The notes below the pieces were generated by a model. That model saw only the letters and a program-made list of their open reading frames with translations. It ran no database searches and was not told the DNA's origin. This document shows, one piece after another, positions 61,651 through 64,000 of a DNA stretch of 64,000 bases (its first letter is position 1; every line of letters starts with the position of its first letter). The stretch is from an uncultured Chloroflexia bacterium (GTDB lineage: Bacteria > Chloroflexota > Anaerolineae > CG2-30-64-16), in contig CAVZDU010000003.1 of NCBI GenBank assembly GCA_963774265.1, forward strand, positions 288,001-352,000, in the 5' to 3' direction. A program made the position numbers and the translations under genes.

Positions 61651-62706
61651 CTACTCCGGCCCGATCGTAAAGCACTCGGTCGCGCCGCCCTCGCCTGGGC
61701 CGCGCTCAGGCACATAGTCCGTTGTCGCAGGCAACACCACACAGTAAAAGCCCGGTGTGTAGGACGGGTCCAATTGCAGACGGATGGACAGCGTCCCGGC
61801 TTCGTCGGTGGGCATGATCGCCTGCTCGTGCAGGGTGAGCGTCGACTCGACGTAGTCCTCCTCTGCTGCGTAGTAAACGCCTACGGGTATCTCCGCATCG
61901 GGCGGCAGGTGAACGGCATAGATCTGAATTTCATCGCCGCCAGCCAAATCGGCCAGCCCGCGTCCCCCTTTGATTGCTTCCTGCCCAGGCGAGAGTCGCA
62001 TCGCCACCAGGGGTGGTCCTTCCGGCTGCGCCACTTCAAAGGTCTCCTGCATGTTCACCGTGGTCGAGGCCGCGCGGATCACCCACTGCCCGGGCGGGTA
62101 TGACCCCAGCGTCAGCACAACTGCCGCGGCCGGCTGGGGGCTGTCGAAGGTCGTGGACTGTGTGGCTCCTGCCTCAACCGCGTCGCCCTCGCTATCGTAG
62201 ATCTCATAACGGACTTCTTCGCCTTCGGCGAAACCGTACAGACAGAGCTGTCCGATGCCTTCGGCCTGCTGCCAGGTGACGGCCGGCAGGCTGACCTCCG
62301 GGGGGAGCTGATCGCAGGTGAACATGATGGCGAACATGGGCGCGCCCGCCAGGAAAATCTCATCCTGAAGAGTTAGCGGTAACGCGGCGGTGGGCTCCGG
62401 GCGGGGCGCCGTCGGTTGAGGCTGCGGCGTGACCGTCGGCGGCAGACGCGCAGGTGGGGGAGATGCGGTGGCGGAAGGCAGAGGCGGAGCCACGCGTGCA
62501 ACTTCCTCCTGTACGGTGGCATCCGGCGTTGGAGACTCACTCGCGGCCGGCGACTGTGCGAGCAGCGGCGCGGGTGGCGCCGGGGTGTCAGTTGGTGCGA
62601 GGTATGCCTGCTGACCCGGTGCAGCCGGAACAGAGGCGCAACTCGAGATCAGGACAACGATGATGGCGGCGAAGGCAAACCGAACCGGAACACGTGGATG
62701 GTTCAT
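61651..62706 (-). CDS. Hypothetical lipoprotein with a Pro/Thr linker
   Basis: Lipobox LISSC, PT-rich linker, beta-rich C-terminus with Cys pairs. Confidence 0.65.
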   Translation of the reverse strand: MNHPRVPVRFAFAAIIVVLISSCASVPAAPGQQAYLAPTDTPAPPAPLLAQSPAASESPTPDATVQEEVARVAPPLPSATASPPPARLPPTVTPQPQPTAPRPEPTAALPLTLQDEIFLAGAPMFAIMFTCDQLPPEVSLPAVTWQQAEGIGQLCLYGFAEGEEVRYEIYDSEGDAVEAGATQSTTFDSPQPAAAVVLTLGSYPPGQWVIRAASTTVNMQETFEVAQPEGPPLVAMRLSPGQEAIKGGRGLADLAGGDEIQIYAVHLPPDAEIPVGVYYAAEEDYVESTLTLHEQAIMPTDEAGTLSIRLQLDPSYTPGFYCVVLPATTDYVPERGPGEGGATECFTIGPE

Positions 62707-62727
62707 CGATAGCGCTCCTTCGTGCAA

Positions 62728-64000
62728 TCAAGGACAAGATGAATTGTGCAGCAGCCTCAACCTGCGTGTGTACTCGTCCACTTCAGCGGCGCGACCGTAG
62801 AGCCGCGCATCGTCAATGGCGCGCTGATGCAACTCGAGCGCGGCGCTGTGATCGCCTTGCTGGCACGCCAGTTCACCCAACCGGAAAAGATACAGGGCTC
62901 GTGAGATGGGCGCTACGAGATCCGCAGCACGTTTGTAGTGGGCGACGGCCGTCGGCAGGTCGCCCTCCTGGCGCGCGAGCAGGCCCAGGTAGCCGTATGC
63001 CAGGCCCGCACTCTTGGCGATGCTGGCATCGCCGATGCTGGCATCGCCGATGCCGGTTTCACCCGCCTCATACTGCTCGATCACGTTCTGCAGTTCGAGG
63101 TGTGCGCGTTCAAAATCCGCCGTCTGGCCGTACAGACCGCTCGTCAGGTAAACGTAGCCCAGCCCCGTATGGGCCGTGCTGACCTCACGCGCGCTGAGCC
63201 GACCGACCGGGCCAGCCAGCACAGCCTGGTATGCGGCGCGGGCCTCGTCCAGCCGCGTGCGATCCAGGCGACGCTGTCCTTCATCCCCCCGCTCGGCTAC
63301 GGAGAGCATCGCCAGGCAGCCCGCCCTGCCCAGTTGCGCCCGTATGTACTCAGGCTGAATGGCGAGTGCGCGGTCGTAGGCCGCAAGGGCCTCCTGCAGG
63401 GCGCCGGCCTGGCCCGTGATAGATGCCTGGCGGACCAGCGCGTGGCCCAGCAGCAGATAGGCGAACTCTTTACCGTCTACGGCCGGCCAGTGCGTATCGC
63501 CCTCGGCCTGCCGGATATAAGTCAGCGCCTTTTCCGGGTTGTCAGCGGAGAGGTAGGACAGACCGACGACCAGTTCCGCCAGCACATTCATGCGGACGAG
63601 ATGTGGCGGGTGCTCGATAACAAGCAGTGATTCGGGGTCGAACGGAAGTGTGATGGGCAGGGAGCCACCGAGCGCATAGGGGCCTGCCAGCTCATCCTCC
63701 TGGTCGGAGCCGGTGTATCCGACGTGGAAGGCCAACGCCAGGCGACCGGGCGCCGTCCCTGCGGGATCGACCTTCTGCGTATCGGTGATCACGCCGTAGA
63801 TCAGGATGTCTGCGGAGATTCGCTCGGCATAGGTCGCGGCCGCCGAGGCGCGTTCTTCTGCGGTGCGGCCGGGCAGGGCGCACGCGAGCGTAGGCCGGCG
63901 AATCTCATACGGCACGTCGAGATCAAGATCGGCCAGTGCAGGTCCGAAGCGCTGGTACAGAAACTCCGCAACCGCGTGGCCCGCGTCGCTTCGGATGGCC
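62728..64000 (-). CDS. Tetratricopeptide repeat protein (5' end outside the window)
   Basis: ALAAYDRALAIQPEY, AHTGLGYVY, AYGYLG..AVAHYKRA. Confidence 0.75.
   Translation of the reverse strand, partial: AIRSDAGHAVAEFLYQRFGPALADLDLDVPYEIRRPTLACALPGRTAEERASAAATYAERISADILIYGVITDTQKVDPAGTAPGRLALAFHVGYTGSDQEDELAGPYALGGSLPITLPFDPESLLVIEHPPHLVRMNVLAELVVGLSYLSADNPEKALTYIRQAEGDTHWPAVDGKEFAYLLLGHALVRQASITGQAGALQEALAAYDRALAIQPEYIRAQLGRAGCLAMLSVAERGDEGQRRLDRTRLDEARAAYQAVLAGPVGRLSAREVSTAHTGLGYVYLTSGLYGQTADFERAHLELQNVIEQYEAGETGIGDASIGDASIAKSAGLAYGYLGLLARQEGDLPTAVAHYKRAADLVAPISRALYLFRLGELACQQGDHSAALELHQRAIDDARLYGRAAEVDEYTRRLRLLHNSSCP

Noticed and set aside
63018-63054. 15-bp duplication in the TPR gene (GDASI x2) and 18-bp duplication at 52871-52912
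   Set aside because: Short local in-frame duplications with no evidence of wider significance.

Overview
This GC-rich bacterial window looks like Chloroflexota (Anaerolineae/Caldilineae-like), inferred from gene content. Many single-base frameshifts suggest long-read consensus errors. In order it contains: (1) an L-rhamnose-type locus with an MBL-fold lactonase, an LRA1-like SDR, a lipoprotein with three ~99% identical 993-bp substrate-binding repeats, ABC permeases and ATPase, a DeoR-sugar-binding fusion regulator and rhaB; (2) CBS and META proteins, ppk1 and a divergent DUF6909-like gene; (3) a split cobalamin methionine synthase with a RamA/RACo activator; (4) a complete IS110 element inserted in the Shine-Dalgarno sequence of lgt, whose upstream non-coding region has a promoter and segments matching both target and donor junctions (bridge RNA candidate); (5) csoR-copZ-copA; (6) a ccm cluster with CxxxY CcmE and a circularly permuted CcdA; (7) rpsT, a pseudo-receiver regulator, a GT2 and a YfhO-flippase fusion; (8) a eukaryote-type two-domain PFK; (9) a muropeptide-scavenging cluster; (10) a four-gene split AdnAB/AddAB-like helicase-helicase-Fe-S nuclease-RecJ operon; (11) split LKR/SDH saccharopine genes. 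Several short REP-like repeat families are scattered between and inside genes. No rRNA, tRNA or CRISPR array was seen.
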